Positions 33,327-45,312 of a stretch of 64,000 bases of DNA are shown here, piece by piece. Every line of letters starts with the position of its first letter. The stretch's first letter is position 1. The position numbers were made by a program, and so were the translations under genes. Under the pieces are notes generated by a model, which did no database searches, was not told the DNA's origin, and saw nothing but the letters and a program-made list of their open reading frames with translations. This stretch comes from an uncultured Gemmatimonadales bacterium (GTDB lineage Bacteria > Gemmatimonadota > Gemmatimonadetes > Gemmatimonadales > GWC2-71-9): the NCBI GenBank assembly GCA_963842945.1, contig CAWJIM010000021.1, positions 1 to 64,000 of the forward strand, given 5' to 3'.

Positions 33327-33928
33327 ATGCGAGTCCTCCTGGCACTCCTTTTCGTCTGGCCGGCTATGGGAGTGTCGGTGGCGCGCGGGCAGACCGACTA
33401 TTACGCCCGGCTGGGGGGGACTTTCGCGACCGACCTGGTCACCGACAACATCATTCAGGACATCCTGACCCAGCAAAGCCTGGCTCCCACGCTCGCTTTT
33501 GGGGTTTCCCTGCCGATCGCCCCTGCGTACTCGGGCGGGCTTGGAAACCGCCCTCTCCACCTCGGGATATCACAGCACCGAGGCCGACCAGGACACCGAT
33601 CTCGGTACCCTTACAACCGGCTCCGTTCTCCTCAATCTCGAGGGCCCCGTCTGGCACCGGGCAAGCTGGCGGGCAGGTCTCGGGCTGATCAGCTACCTGC
33701 CTGCCGATCAGACCGGAATCTTCCTCGGCGGGGGAACCACCCGGTTCCTGGCGGGAGCCGGATTTGACTACCGGCCCGCCATTGTTGACTCACTGGGACC
33801 TGATGATCAGCCTCCGCTACGACTTTCACCGATTTTCCACCGACGAGCTCGAAGCCCGAGGCTTCACCGGAAGCCAGGGCGTGCAACGGGTGTCCCTCTC
33901 CATCGGCCTGGCCCGGGCCCGCCGATGA
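33327..33928 (+). CDS. Secreted or outer-membrane beta-barrel-like hypothetical protein (2 frameshifts)
   Basis: Signal peptide; alternating beta-strand pattern continues across frames. Confidence 0.55.
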
Positions 33929-34597
33929 AGCCGGGCTCGGCCCTGCCGATACTTGGGGGGGTGCTGGCTGCCGCTGTCGGTTTGTCCTGTGCCGACATCG
34001 CCGCTCCCGGCCGGAGTGACGTGTACGAGTGGCGCTTCATAACTTCCACCGGCCCAGGCACCAACGATACGCTGACCTTCCATTGGCCGCGCTCGATGCT
34101 GCCGGTCAAGATCTGGGCGCAGGACACCCTGGACTTGCCGACCCACGTGACGCACGGGATCGACGTGTGGAAGGCCGCGTTTCTGTATCGTGAGTTCGAT
34201 GCGGTTCTGGTGCCGGACTCGAGCGCGGCGGATGTAATTGTCCGCGCGGACAGCCCGGCCAAGTCCACCGCGACGGCCCGGCTGCAGCTGAGCCTGGCGC
34301 CGGAGTGTGAGGGCGGAACGGATATCGTCCCGCTGCCCGGTAGCCGGACGATCCAATACCCCGTTCGGGTCTTCCTGCTTCCCCGGTTCGATGCGGCCGC
34401 TCCTGGGGTCAGCGAGTGCCTGGCGCTCACCGCCACCCACGAGCTGGGACATGCGATCGGCATCTTCACCCATTCCTCGGTGGCGACCGATCATCATGTT
34501 TGTCGATCCCGTTGTAGCCGAGCTGAGCGCCCGCGACCGGGGCACCATCGAGCGGGCCTACCACGTTGAGCCCAATGTCTCGGTGCCGGTTCACTGA
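33925..34597 (+). CDS. Matrixin-like zinc metalloprotease lipoprotein (frameshift near 34490)
   Basis: Lipobox GLSC; THELGHAIGIFTHS is an HEXXHXXG..H motif; Met-turn IM follows the shift. Confidence 0.8.
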
Positions 34598-34654
34598 GGT
34601 TGCCCCTAGCAGTCCGAACATTGATCTTTCGCGACTAACGTGCAGCGGGAGCGT

Positions 34655-36247
<1,593 letters not shown>

Positions 36248-36251
<4 letters not shown>

Positions 36252-37634
36252 GCAGGGCAGCAAGGCGGCGGGACGGCGGGGTGGCAAACGCAAGAGCAGC
36301 TCCGGGTAAAGACCTGCCGGTGAGCGCCGCCAAGGACGACCGCCCCGCTGCCCCGCTGCCCTCCTGCCCCACTGAAATCATCCGCGATCCTCTCTGGGAC
36401 AACATCCGGCTCGACCGGGCCGCATTGCTCGCCCTGGACACACCCACCGTTCAGCGCCTTCGCTACGTTCGGCAGGTCGGTCACAGCTTCCTGGTCTATC
36501 CAGGGGCCACCCATACCCGCTTCGAGCACGCACTGGGTGCCTACCACCTCACCCGCAGGGCCATCGCGGCGCTCGACGAGCTGGGTGAGCTGCCGGCCCG
36601 CCTGCATGAGGACTGCGTGGCGGTTCGAATGGCCGCGCTGCTCCACGACATCGGTCACTATCCCTTCTCGCATGCATCTGGAGGAGGCAGGATTTCCCTC
36701 GCACGAGGTGCTGGGCGTTCGCAAGCTCTTCGAGGGAGAGCTGGGCGAGTGTCTGGTTCAGCTCGGCGGTAAGACCTTTCCCGAGACCATCGGAGCCCTG
36801 ATCGCAGGAAGGAGCTCGAGCCCGCTGCAGGGACTGATCTCCGGCACCATCGATCTGGATAAGGTGGATTATTTGAGCCGGGATGCCCGGATGTGCGGGG
36901 TTCCCTACGGTACGGTGGATGTAGACCGGCTCCTCTCCTCCCTGACACTGGTCGAGGTGGCAGAGGGACGTTGGGAAGTTGGCATCCAGGAAAAAGGCGT
37001 CAGCGCGCTCGAATCACTCCTCTTTGCCAAGTACCAGATGTACCGCAACGTGTACTGGCACCACGCGGTCCGCTCTGCCACCTGCATGTTCAAGCGCGCG
37101 GTGCGAGAAGCGGTGAGGCGCGGCACGGTCACCGCCGAGAGCATCGCCGAGTCGACCGATGATGGCCTGATGGAGCTGCTCATCAGAGACCGGAATCCGC
37201 TGGCTCGGTGCATTCGGGCCCGGCGGCTACACAAGCGGGCGATCGATCTCCCGGCGAGTGAAGTCGCCGGTGACGTTCAGCCGTGGGTGGCCGATGATCC
37301 GGATCTGCTCGAGCGGGTGGAAAATGCGGTGGCCGATCAGATCGGTGTGCCGCCGGGCAGCGTGCTGATCGACTTCCCTGCGCGATCGGGCATGCTCGGA
37401 GTCAATCTCCCGCTGCGGACCCGCTCCGGGTCGGTGGAACGGCTGACCGATGCCGGCCGAGTGGGGCACTTGGGGCTCCCCCGGGTGGCCGACGAGCTGT
37501 ACCAAAGTGCCCGGCGCCTTCGTATCTTCGTGGCCGCACCTGCCGGGCGATCACTCGAACCGGTGTTGGAGATTTTGACCTGGCCTGCCGCCGAGGTGGA
37601 GCGGAGGCTGGATGAACAGCTGGCTCTGGTATAA
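36248..37634 (+). CDS. HD-domain phosphohydrolase (SAMHD1/YwfO-like), frameshift near 36677
   Basis: [59 protein letters not shown]. Confidence 0.9.
36251..36374. repeat. Tandem-repeat hairpin element at the pckA/HD junction
   Basis: AGCAGGGC AGCAAGGC GGCGGGAC GGCGGGGT ... CGCCCC GCTGCCCC GCTGCCCT CCTGCCCC ACTG. Confidence 0.78.
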
Positions 37635-37643
37635 AGAGGAATC

Positions 37644-38099
37644 ATGCTGAGCAGACGCGGATTTGTGGCTGGACTTGCCGGGCTCTTCATCGCGGGACGC
37701 CGGACCGGGTGGGCAGCGGCGCCTCCTACGGCAATCATTGTGTACAAGAGCCGAAGCTGTGGCTGCTGCGCCAAATGGGTAGATCACATGCAATCTCAGG
37801 GCTTCAAGCCCCAGGTCCACGATGAAGAGAACATGGACCGGCTCAAGGACGAGCTGGGCGTCCCCCAGGCCGTACGGTCCTGTCACACTGCGGTTGTGGG
37901 AGGGTATTTGATCGAGGGTCATGTTCCCGCGGCAGATATCCGGCAACTGCTCTGGGATCGCCCGAAAGTCGCAGGTCTTGCTGTCCCCGGAATGCCAGCG
38001 GGGACCCCCGGGATGGCAGAATCCGAATCAGCGGTAGGCGATTTTGAGGTACTCGCCTTTCAATCTGACGGTTCCACCCGCCCCTTCGCTCGGCACTAA
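37644..38099 (+). CDS. DUF411 (CopG-like) metal-binding protein with Tat-like signal
   Basis: SRRGF, SCGCCAKWVDH, SCHTA, IEGHVPA, GLAVPGMP. Confidence 0.9.
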   Translation: MLSRRGFVAGLAGLFIAGRRTGWAAAPPTAIIVYKSRSCGCCAKWVDHMQSQGFKPQVHDEENMDRLKDELGVPQAVRSCHTAVVGGYLIEGHVPAADIRQLLWDRPKVAGLAVPGMPAGTPGMAESESAVGDFEVLAFQSDGSTRPFARH

Positions 38100-38127
38100 C
38101 CCGCAGACCTGCTCGACTTCCTGATCC

Positions 38128-38346
38128 TCATCCCTGATGCTTCGTGCCGCCGATTCTCCTCTCGGGGCCGCTGTAGTCGCTCTCCCGGTGCCGGCGCCGC
38201 TCTATGGGCGCGTCGCCCGGAGCGTCATCCGGTAGGGGTGATCCCTCAACCCGCATCGCCGATGCAGGATGAACCCCGTGGGCGCCGGCATCGGAAGCGC
38301 CCCCCATGCCCGACTCGGGCAAGGGCTGATCATCGTCACGTGGCAT
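38128..38346 (-). CDS. Small hypothetical protein with a YSGPERR motif
   Basis: GAGGAGG SD upstream of ATG 38346; 72 aa. Confidence 0.6.
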   Translation of the reverse strand: MPRDDDQPLPESGMGGASDAGAHGVHPASAMRVEGSPLPDDAPGDAPIERRRHRESDYSGPERRIGGTKHQG

Positions 38347-38419
38347 ATACACCTCCTCGGTCGGTCGGAAGCTAGGCCGTCCTCGAGCGAGGAGTTGTGG
38401 TGCCGCTCACATCTCGACA

Positions 38420-38770
38420 TCATGGAGGAATCGTGAGCGTCACGATGTCCCCTGGCTGCACCACCATTTCCTCGGTGATGGGACTCCGACTACCCCCGAT
38501 CGGGTCGGCCAGGAATTTCAGCGGACCGGCTCCCCGGGTGAGCGTCACTGGGATGGTGAACGACTTGGTCGAGTTGCCGGTAGCCAGGCCGAGGCGGGTC
38601 CGCTGCGATCCGCTCACGGCGTAAATGACCATGTCGGCAAAGCCGCGGTTTTCCACCTGCACCATTGCCGGATCATCCGGATTGGCTGCCGACTGCTGAT
38701 TTCGGCCGGCGCACCCGGCGGTCAGATTCAAGACAGCGCCGAAGAGAAAAAACCGAAGGACAGAGCGCAT
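38420..38770 (-). CDS. Hypothetical lipoprotein
   Basis: MRSVLRFFLFGAVLNLTAGC lipobox; beta-rich body. Confidence 0.75.
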   Translation of the reverse strand: MRSVLRFFLFGAVLNLTAGCAGRNQQSAANPDDPAMVQVENRGFADMVIYAVSGSQRTRLGLATGNSTKSFTIPVTLTRGAGPLKFLADPIGGSRSPITEEMVVQPGDIVTLTIPP

Positions 38771-39272
38771 GGAAGCTGCCACTGTAGTGCCCTACCGTGA
38801 GGAGTTCAGAAGCGCGTTCGAGCAGCTCAATCGCGACTGGATTGAAGCGTACTTCGTGCTGGAGGAAGCGGATCGTGAGCTCTTCCGCGACCCCGCATCC
38901 GAAGTGCTTGCGGCCGGCGGGCAGATCTTCTTCGTGCTCGAGGGAAACCAGGTGCAGGGGACCTGTGCCGTGCTGCGGCACAATGGGGAGGATTTCGAGA
39001 TTGCCAAGATGGCCGTTGCTCCGTCGGCGCGAGGCCGCGGCTACGGAGACCGTCTCATGGAAGCCGCCGTCCAGTTTGCCGCCCAGGCCGGCGGCAAGCG
39101 CATGATCATCGTATCAAACACCGTGCTGAAGCCTGCCATCCGGCTGTACCAGAAGCACGGCTTCGTTCAGGTCCCGCTCACGCCGGATGAGCGCTACCAG
39201 CGGGTCAACATCCGGCTCGAGCGGGAGCTTACGGCTACGGCGTCCGCCGGGCTCCCCGCAGCAGACGAATGA
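38769..39272 (+). CDS. GNAT acetyltransferase
   Basis: LNRDWIEAYF, EIAKMAVAPSARGRGYG, AIRLYQKHGF. Confidence 0.9.
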   Translation: MEAATVVPYREEFRSAFEQLNRDWIEAYFVLEEADRELFRDPASEVLAAGGQIFFVLEGNQVQGTCAVLRHNGEDFEIAKMAVAPSARGRGYGDRLMEAAVQFAAQAGGKRMIIVSNTVLKPAIRLYQKHGFVQVPLTPDERYQRVNIRLERELTATASAGLPAADE

Positions 39273-39495
39273 TGAGCAGCAGGACCACCGCGCCAATGAA
39301 GGCGACGAAGATGGTGCCGGCAATCCCCGAAGCTGGAGCACTCCAGCCCATTCGGCTGAACAGCCAGCCGCCGAACAAGGCGCCCAGTATCCCGATCACG
39401 ATGTCGCCCAGAATCCCGTAGCCGATCCCTCCCATGACCAACGACGCAAGCAACCCCGCCACTAAGCCGACGATGATCCAGGTCAGGACGTCCAT
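39235..39495 (-). CDS. GlsB/YeaQ/YmgE family stress membrane protein
   Basis: WIIVGLVAGLLA...DIVIGILGALFGG...AFIGAVVLL. Confidence 0.9.
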   Translation of the reverse strand: MDVLTWIIVGLVAGLLASLVMGGIGYGILGDIVIGILGALFGGWLFSRMGWSAPASGIAGTIFVAFIGAVVLLLIIRLLRGARRTP

Positions 39496-39668
39496 AGAGC
39501 CTCGCTACCGTAAGGGCCAGGATGGTGAGCACGGACGGTGAGTTGCCCGGTAGGATTATGCCACCCCAGTGAAAGACCGGCTAGGCCGGGCGCTGGCACC
39601 GCAGCAGGCCATGCATTAGCTCTACCTTCTTGGTTTCGCTCCACACCTCCAGCTCACAAGGACCGCAC

Positions 39669-40106
39669 GTGCTCAAGGAATCTCCGGACCACCATGATGC
39701 CGATCTCGTGCTCAAGATCTACGACCTGCGACGCGAGACGGTAATGCGCGAGTCACGAACGGCCATCAACGCCAAGTTCTGGCCCCGCAGCTCGGAGGAG
39801 GCGATCGCAGTGACCGCCACCGATCATCCGTTGAACCTGGCGTACCGGCAGACTTCAGGCTACTGGGAGATGGTCTATGGCATGGCCCGCCATGGTATCA
39901 TCAACCCGGATTTTTTGGTGGAGAATAACGGCGAAGGATTGCTGCTTTACGCCAGGATCGAGCCTTATCTGGCCGAGTTCCGGCAAGCCACGTCACCGAC
40001 CTCGTTCCGGAACGCCGAGTGGGTGGCGACGCATTCCGCGGTTGGACAGATGTTGATGGAGCGCTATCGGGCCCGGCTCAAGCGGATGTTGGAGACGCGT
40101 CGCTGA
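39669..40106 (+). CDS. Conserved hypothetical protein (DUF4760-like)
   Basis: DADLVLKIYDLRRE..MR, YWEM; AAGGA SD; genome-typical codon usage. Confidence 0.7.
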   Translation: MLKESPDHHDADLVLKIYDLRRETVMRESRTAINAKFWPRSSEEAIAVTATDHPLNLAYRQTSGYWEMVYGMARHGIINPDFLVENNGEGLLLYARIEPYLAEFRQATSPTSFRNAEWVATHSAVGQMLMERYRARLKRMLETRR

Positions 40107-40892
40107 TCAGGAGCGCTCGCCAGCTGCGGTCTGGACCACCGGGTGCTCTCCCGTGTTGCTATCCACGGAGTCGATCCGGATCACGATAGCGGTGATGTTG
40201 TCCAATCCCCCCCGGCGGTTCGCCTCGGTCACCATCTGATCCACCCAGGTCTGAGGACCACCCTCGGAGCGCAGAATCTGCAGCAGCTGCTCGTCCTCCA
40301 GCATTCCGGTGAGCCCGTCGGATGCCAGCAGGAGAATGTCCCCCTTCTCCAGCGAACCGAAGTAGATGTCCGGCACCACGTCGATCCCGGCACCGACACA
40401 TCGGGTGATCACGTTGCTGTAGGGGTGCACCCGGGCCTGGTCTGGAGTGAGCAGCCCAGCATCGACTTGCTCCTGAACGTACGAATGGTCCTTGGTGAGC
40501 TGCTGGAACTGACCGTCGCGGAACAGGTAGGCCCGGCTGTCTCCCACCTGGCCGATCAGATACCGCTGTGGCAGCAGCACCAGCACCGTCGCCGTGGTGC
40601 CCATCCCCCGCTTGTCCTGCTCCGACAGGGTGCGCTCGAAGATGGCGTCGTTGGCGGCTCGAATTGCGGTGCTGACCCGCTCGCCGGCCTCTTCGTCGCT
40701 CAGGCCCCGGACCGAGCCAATTGCCTGGGAGGTGATCCTGACGGCCATTTCACTCGCCACCTCACCGGCTGCGTGGCCTCCCATGCCGTCGGCCACGATG
40801 AAGATGCCGTGGTCGGCCAGCATGAGGTAGTTGTCTTCATTGCCCGAACGGACGATGCCGACGTCGGTGCGAGCGGCGCAGGTGAAGTGCAC
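40107..40892 (-). CDS. PP2C-family Ser/Thr phosphatase (Stp1/IreP-like)
   Basis: TDVGIVRSGNED, VADGMGGHAAGEVAS, MGTT, VGDSRAY, SDGL, GGLDNIT. Confidence 0.95.
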   Translation of the reverse strand: MHFTCAARTDVGIVRSGNEDNYLMLADHGIFIVADGMGGHAAGEVASEMAVRITSQAIGSVRGLSDEEAGERVSTAIRAANDAIFERTLSEQDKRGMGTTATVLVLLPQRYLIGQVGDSRAYLFRDGQFQQLTKDHSYVQEQVDAGLLTPDQARVHPYSNVITRCVGAGIDVVPDIYFGSLEKGDILLLASDGLTGMLEDEQLLQILRSEGGPQTWVDQMVTEANRRGGLDNITAIVIRIDSVDSNTGEHPVVQTAAGERS

Positions 40893-40901
40893 GAGACTCC
40901 G

Positions 40902-42268
40902 TTAGTAGGTCGACAACAAGTAGGCGAGAATAGCTACTAAAATCAGCAGTCCGACCACCATGATCGTGGAGGGACTTTTCGGTCGTGGGGATGCCACGTG
41001 GATCGGACGGCGCGGCCGGGCCCTGGGCTGGGGAACCTCGGCCACCTGCGCCACCGGCTCGGCTGGTGTTGCCGCCGGCTGGGCCGCGGGGGCAGAGCGG
41101 TGAGCGTCAACCTCGACCCGGGGCATCATCCGCGTGTTGCTGGCTTTCGGGGCCGGCACCGATTCATCGAGCGGCTCGAACAAGGCCGAAACGTCCCCGA
41201 ATTTGAGCGTGGTGCCCGGCCCGAGCGGTGCCTCTCCGGTCAGCCGCTCTCCTTCGACAAAGGTGCCGTTGGTGGAGCCCAGATCGGTCAGGACCCACAC
41301 GGCGTCCCGTCGCTGCAGCTTGGCGTGCATAGTGCTGACGCTCGGGTCGGCAATGACCACGTCGTTGTAGTCTCCCCGCCCGATATTGGCCACCGGAACC
41401 TTGATCGGCAAGCGCCGTCCCTTGAGCTCGCCGCTGCGAAACAGGAACGACGCCAATGGTGCCGCCGTGGCCGAGGGCGGAGTAGGTGTTCGCTGCTCGG
41501 CAGTGCCAGCCAGCGGCGACCGGGAAGCCGTGCATGGTTTCGGAGAGCCGGCTCGTGGCCCCGGGAGGTGGCGTGGGCGGTCTGGCGGGCTCGGGTGCCG
41601 GGGCAGCGGCCCTGGGAAGCGGCATCGGCGTAGAAGCGAAACTCGTCATTGCCGATCCGGATCACGTCGGCTCGGGCCAGCAGGTGAGTCTTCCCGCTTC
41701 GTTCCCCATTGACGTACGTGCCGTTGACGCTGAGGTCCACCAGCAGGTAGCCCTGCGGGTCCGACCGGATCTCGGCATGGTGACGCGACACGTCGTTGCC
41801 GGTAACCACGACATCCGAGCTCGCGTCCCGGCCGATCCGGAGTGGGCCCTGACCCACGTTGTATTCCCGGCCGTCCGTAAGACACACCAGCCGTCCGCCG
41901 GTGGTTCCAGCGGGCGGCTTGCTGCTCTTGGGGGAGACCAGATCGGCAAAGGCGCCGGAGTCGAAGAGCTGAGTGCTGCCGCCGCGGGTCGAGTCCACTA
42001 CCCGGAGCTCGTGCGGGCCGATGCCGATCTTGTCGCCGTGCAGCAGCGGAGTGGGCTCCGCCCCCAGGCGAACCCCGTTGACCCTCACTTCTGCCTCGGC
42101 CGCTGCGGCCCGAATGGCGGCAGAGCCCGGCTGAGTGGCTTGTACCAAAGCGTGGCGCGGCTGCACCCCCTCGCCTTCCAGCACCACTTTATTGTCCGAC
42201 GCCGATCCGATAGCTGTCTCACCGGCAGCTATGGCGTATCGCTCGCCGCCGATTTCGAGATGGATCAT
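40902..42268 (-). CDS. Triple FHA domain protein (frameshift near 41500)
   Basis: IGS...VQPRHA; IGRD...VSRHHA...SVNGTYVNG; IGRG...VSTMHA...STNGTFV; C-terminal TM helix. Confidence 0.88.
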
Positions 42269-42339
42269 CGATATCCCGCGGGAAAAAAGTCGAATCGGAG
42301 AAACGTATCCGCCGGTATGTAGCGAGGCAAGTGATGGGA

Positions 42340-44124
42340 TTATGCGATCTTACGGACCTCTTGACCACGCAGCTGCAGCTGATATAGCCGCTGATAGAGA
42401 CCCTGCTGAGCCAGCAGCTCCCGATGACTGCCCCGTTCCCTGATCTCCCCATGCTGGAGAACCAGGATCTCGTCTGCGTGGAGTATGGTGCTGAGCCGGT
42501 GAGCCACCACAATGCTGGTCCGCCCCACCATCAGCTCGGCAATGGCATGCTGGATCTGACCCTCGGCTTGGGCATCGACCGAACTGGTGGCCTCGTCCAG
42601 CACCAGGATGGTGGGATCCAGGGCCAGGGCCCGGGCAAAGCTCAATAGCTGACGTTCACCGACGCTCAGACTGCGTCCCCGCTCGCCCAGCTGATGGTGA
42701 TATCCGGAGGGCAGACGCTCGATGAACCGGTCGGCACCAACTCGAATGGCTGCCTGTCGGGCCGATTCAGGTGCCACCGGCGCGCCGAGGGTCAGGTTGT
42801 GCATGATGTCGCCCACGAACAGAAACAGGTCCTGCTGCACGAACCCGATGTATCTCCGCAGCTCCGAGGTAGAGAGCTGCCGAATATCCACGCCATCCAG
42901 AAGAATGCGCCCCCGGTCGGGATCGTAGAAGCGGAGCAGCAGGTTCACGATGGTGGTCTTCCCCGCACCCGTGTGGCCCACCAAGGCCAGGGTCTGCCCC
43001 GGCGAGGCGGTAAAGCTTACGTCACGCAGAACCCAGGGACCTTCGGGGGAGTAGCGGAACCAGACGTTCTCGAACCGCACCTCGCCCCTGACTTCCTGAT
43101 TCAGACCCACTGGACGCTCGGGCTCGAGTACCGTCACCGGTTCGTTCAGCAGAGCGAACACCCGCTCTGACGAAGCCATGGCGCTCTGCAGCAGGTTGAA
43201 CTTCTCCGACAGGTCCTGCAGCGGCTGGAAAAAGCGGCGGGTGAGCTGAATGAATGCCGCCAGAACACCCACCGTGAGGCTTCCTCGAATTGTCCGAAGA
43301 CCCCCGTAATACAGGAGAAGTGCCATGGCGACGGCCGTGAGCACCTCCACCACCGGAAAGAAGACGGCATAGACGGTGATGGAGCGAAGATGGGCCTGAA
43401 GGTGGTCTCGGTTGAGCGCGGCGAACTGCGCGGCGGAATCCTGCTCCCGTCCGAACAGCTGGATGACCCGCATGCCCGACAGCCGCTCCTGCAGATACGC
43501 GTTCAGCCGGGCCAGCCGCACCCTGATGTCACGGAATGCTTCTCGTACCCGACGACGGAAGATCGTCGCGGTGAGCCAGACCAGCGGAATGACCGAGAAC
43601 GTCACCAGCGCCAGACGCCAGTCCACCAGCAGCATCATCGTCATGATCGCCAGCAGGGTGAACACGTCGCCGAACACGGTGACGACGCCGGAGGAAAACA
43701 GCTCGTTCAGCGTTTCGACGTCGGAGGTCACCCGGGTCATGAGGCGGCCCACGGGATTTCGATCGAAGTAACCGATGCTGAGCCGCTGCAGATGGGTGAA
43801 GATCTGCATCCGGAGGTCGTACATCACCCGCTGCCCGACGTACGCGGTGAGGAGGGTCTGCCCATACTCCACACCGAAGTCGAGGAGGAGCGCGGCCAGG
43901 AAGATCGCCGCCAGACTGCCGAGCAGCCCGGCATCATGGTTCGGAATGGCGATATCGAGCGCGCGCTGGGTGAGGGCCGGCCCCACCAGCGCCAGGCCCG
44001 CACCAGCCAGTAGAAGCAGGATCGCCAGCCCGGTCAGAGCACGATATGGCCGCAGGTAGGTCAGCAGGCGCCGGAGGAGTGCCGCGTCGTAGCCTCGGTC
44101 GAGGACTTCGTCCTGTTCGCTCAT
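42340..44124 (-). CDS. ABC transporter, fused permease/ATPase (MdlB-like exporter)
   Basis: TM domain, GHTGAGKTT, LSVGERQL, LDEATSSVD, AHRLST. Confidence 0.95.
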   Translation of the reverse strand: MSEQDEVLDRGYDAALLRRLLTYLRPYRALTGLAILLLLAGAGLALVGPALTQRALDIAIPNHDAGLLGSLAAIFLAALLLDFGVEYGQTLLTAYVGQRVMYDLRMQIFTHLQRLSIGYFDRNPVGRLMTRVTSDVETLNELFSSGVVTVFGDVFTLLAIMTMMLLVDWRLALVTFSVIPLVWLTATIFRRRVREAFRDIRVRLARLNAYLQERLSGMRVIQLFGREQDSAAQFAALNRDHLQAHLRSITVYAVFFPVVEVLTAVAMALLLYYGGLRTIRGSLTVGVLAAFIQLTRRFFQPLQDLSEKFNLLQSAMASSERVFALLNEPVTVLEPERPVGLNQEVRGEVRFENVWFRYSPEGPWVLRDVSFTASPGQTLALVGHTGAGKTTIVNLLLRFYDPDRGRILLDGVDIRQLSTSELRRYIGFVQQDLFLFVGDIMHNLTLGAPVAPESARQAAIRVGADRFIERLPSGYHHQLGERGRSLSVGERQLLSFARALALDPTILVLDEATSSVDAQAEGQIQHAIAELMVGRTSIVVAHRLSTILHADEILVLQHGEIRERGSHRELLAQQGLYQRLYQLQLRGQEVRKIA

Positions 44125-44136
44125 CGCATTCGCATC

Positions 44137-45214
44137 TTAGCCTGCCGGTTCCACCAGAGTCGGGGCCTCCACGCCTTTGAGTCCCTGCCGCACCCAGGAG
44201 GAGAAGACCAGGAACCCGAACGCCAGAGTGAAATAACTCAGGGTCAATCGCCAGATCAGAATGTAGATGGGAGTGAGCTCCCGAGGCACATAGGAGGACA
44301 TCACGGCGGCCGAGAGCAACTCGCCCACACCGGAGGCGCCGGGGGTGGGAGCGAAGTACAAGAGAAACATGACCAGTGTCTGCACCAGCAGGATGTCCAC
44401 GAAGTTCGCGTGGAGACCGAGCGCTCTCAGCGCCACATATCCCGCCAGCAGCTTGTTCGCGTGAGAGGGTCCCGACAGGACGGTGGCCCAGAACAGCGCC
44501 AGCAATCCGCGGAGACTCTTGAAGGCGACCACACTCTCATGGGCCTGATCGATACCGACCTGCAGCTTGGTCAAGCGCGCCGCAAATCGCTGGCTCCGGC
44601 GGCCTATCCATTCTGCCGCCCGATGTATCAGGTCGCGGACGAAGCGAGGGAAAAAGAATACCACCGCCATGAGTACCCCAATTCCGGCGATGATGCTGAG
44701 GCTGCCGAGGAACAGATCGAACAGGGAGAGACCCAGCACATTTCCTCGCTGTCCCAGCGATCGCCCGGCGCCAAAAAACACCGCGAGCGGCCCCGCGATG
44801 GCGAAGAACAGCACAGTGGCCACGAAGCTCATGAAGGTCGACGTGACCGCCACCGGCAGAGGTACCCCGTAGCGGCGCATGGTGTACATCGTCATCGGCC
44901 CCGCCCCGGTGTTGAGCGGGGTGATATAGCCCGCCCAGGCCCCCATACCTCCCGCCAGGATCAGGCCCTTGAGCGGAGGGTTGTGGAAACACATGCCGGG
45001 CCACCACCCAGAGACGGAGTCCTCCGCCGATCCAATCCATCGAGGCCAACCCCAGGCCCACCAGGATCCAGATCCAGTGCAGCCGCCGCACCGCGGCCAG
45101 GAATGCGGGAAGGTCGTTGCCGTAGAGGAGAGTGGCTCCAAAGCCCAGCAGGGACGCGACTGCGAAAACTTCGAAGCCGCGCAGCAGCAGCTTGGGCGTC
45201 AGGAGGCGGGACAT
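44137..45214 (-). CDS. Lysylphosphatidylglycerol-synthase TM / flippase-like (UPF0104) protein, frameshift near 44990
   Basis: ITP...G.GP, FAPTPGASGVGE, LIWR; multi-TM. Confidence 0.8.
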
Positions 45215-45227
45215 TGATGAAGAACTT

Positions 45228-45302
45228 AGCGGGGCAGCGGGGCAGCGGGGCAGTGGTGAAGACAGTGAGCTACCGCCTTACCGCCTTACCGGCTTACCGC
45301 CT
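45228..45302. repeat. Tandem-repeat element with non-identical arms upstream of uvrA
   Basis: (AGCGGGGC)x3 ... TACCGCCT TACCGCCT TACCGGCT TACCGCCT. Confidence 0.85.
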
Positions 45303-45312
45303 AGGTTTCATC

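Noticed and set aside
44410..45312. 300-aa N-terminal extension of UvrA (1245-aa ORF)
   Set aside because: Antisense to the flippase-like gene; UvrA homology begins at ATG 45313.
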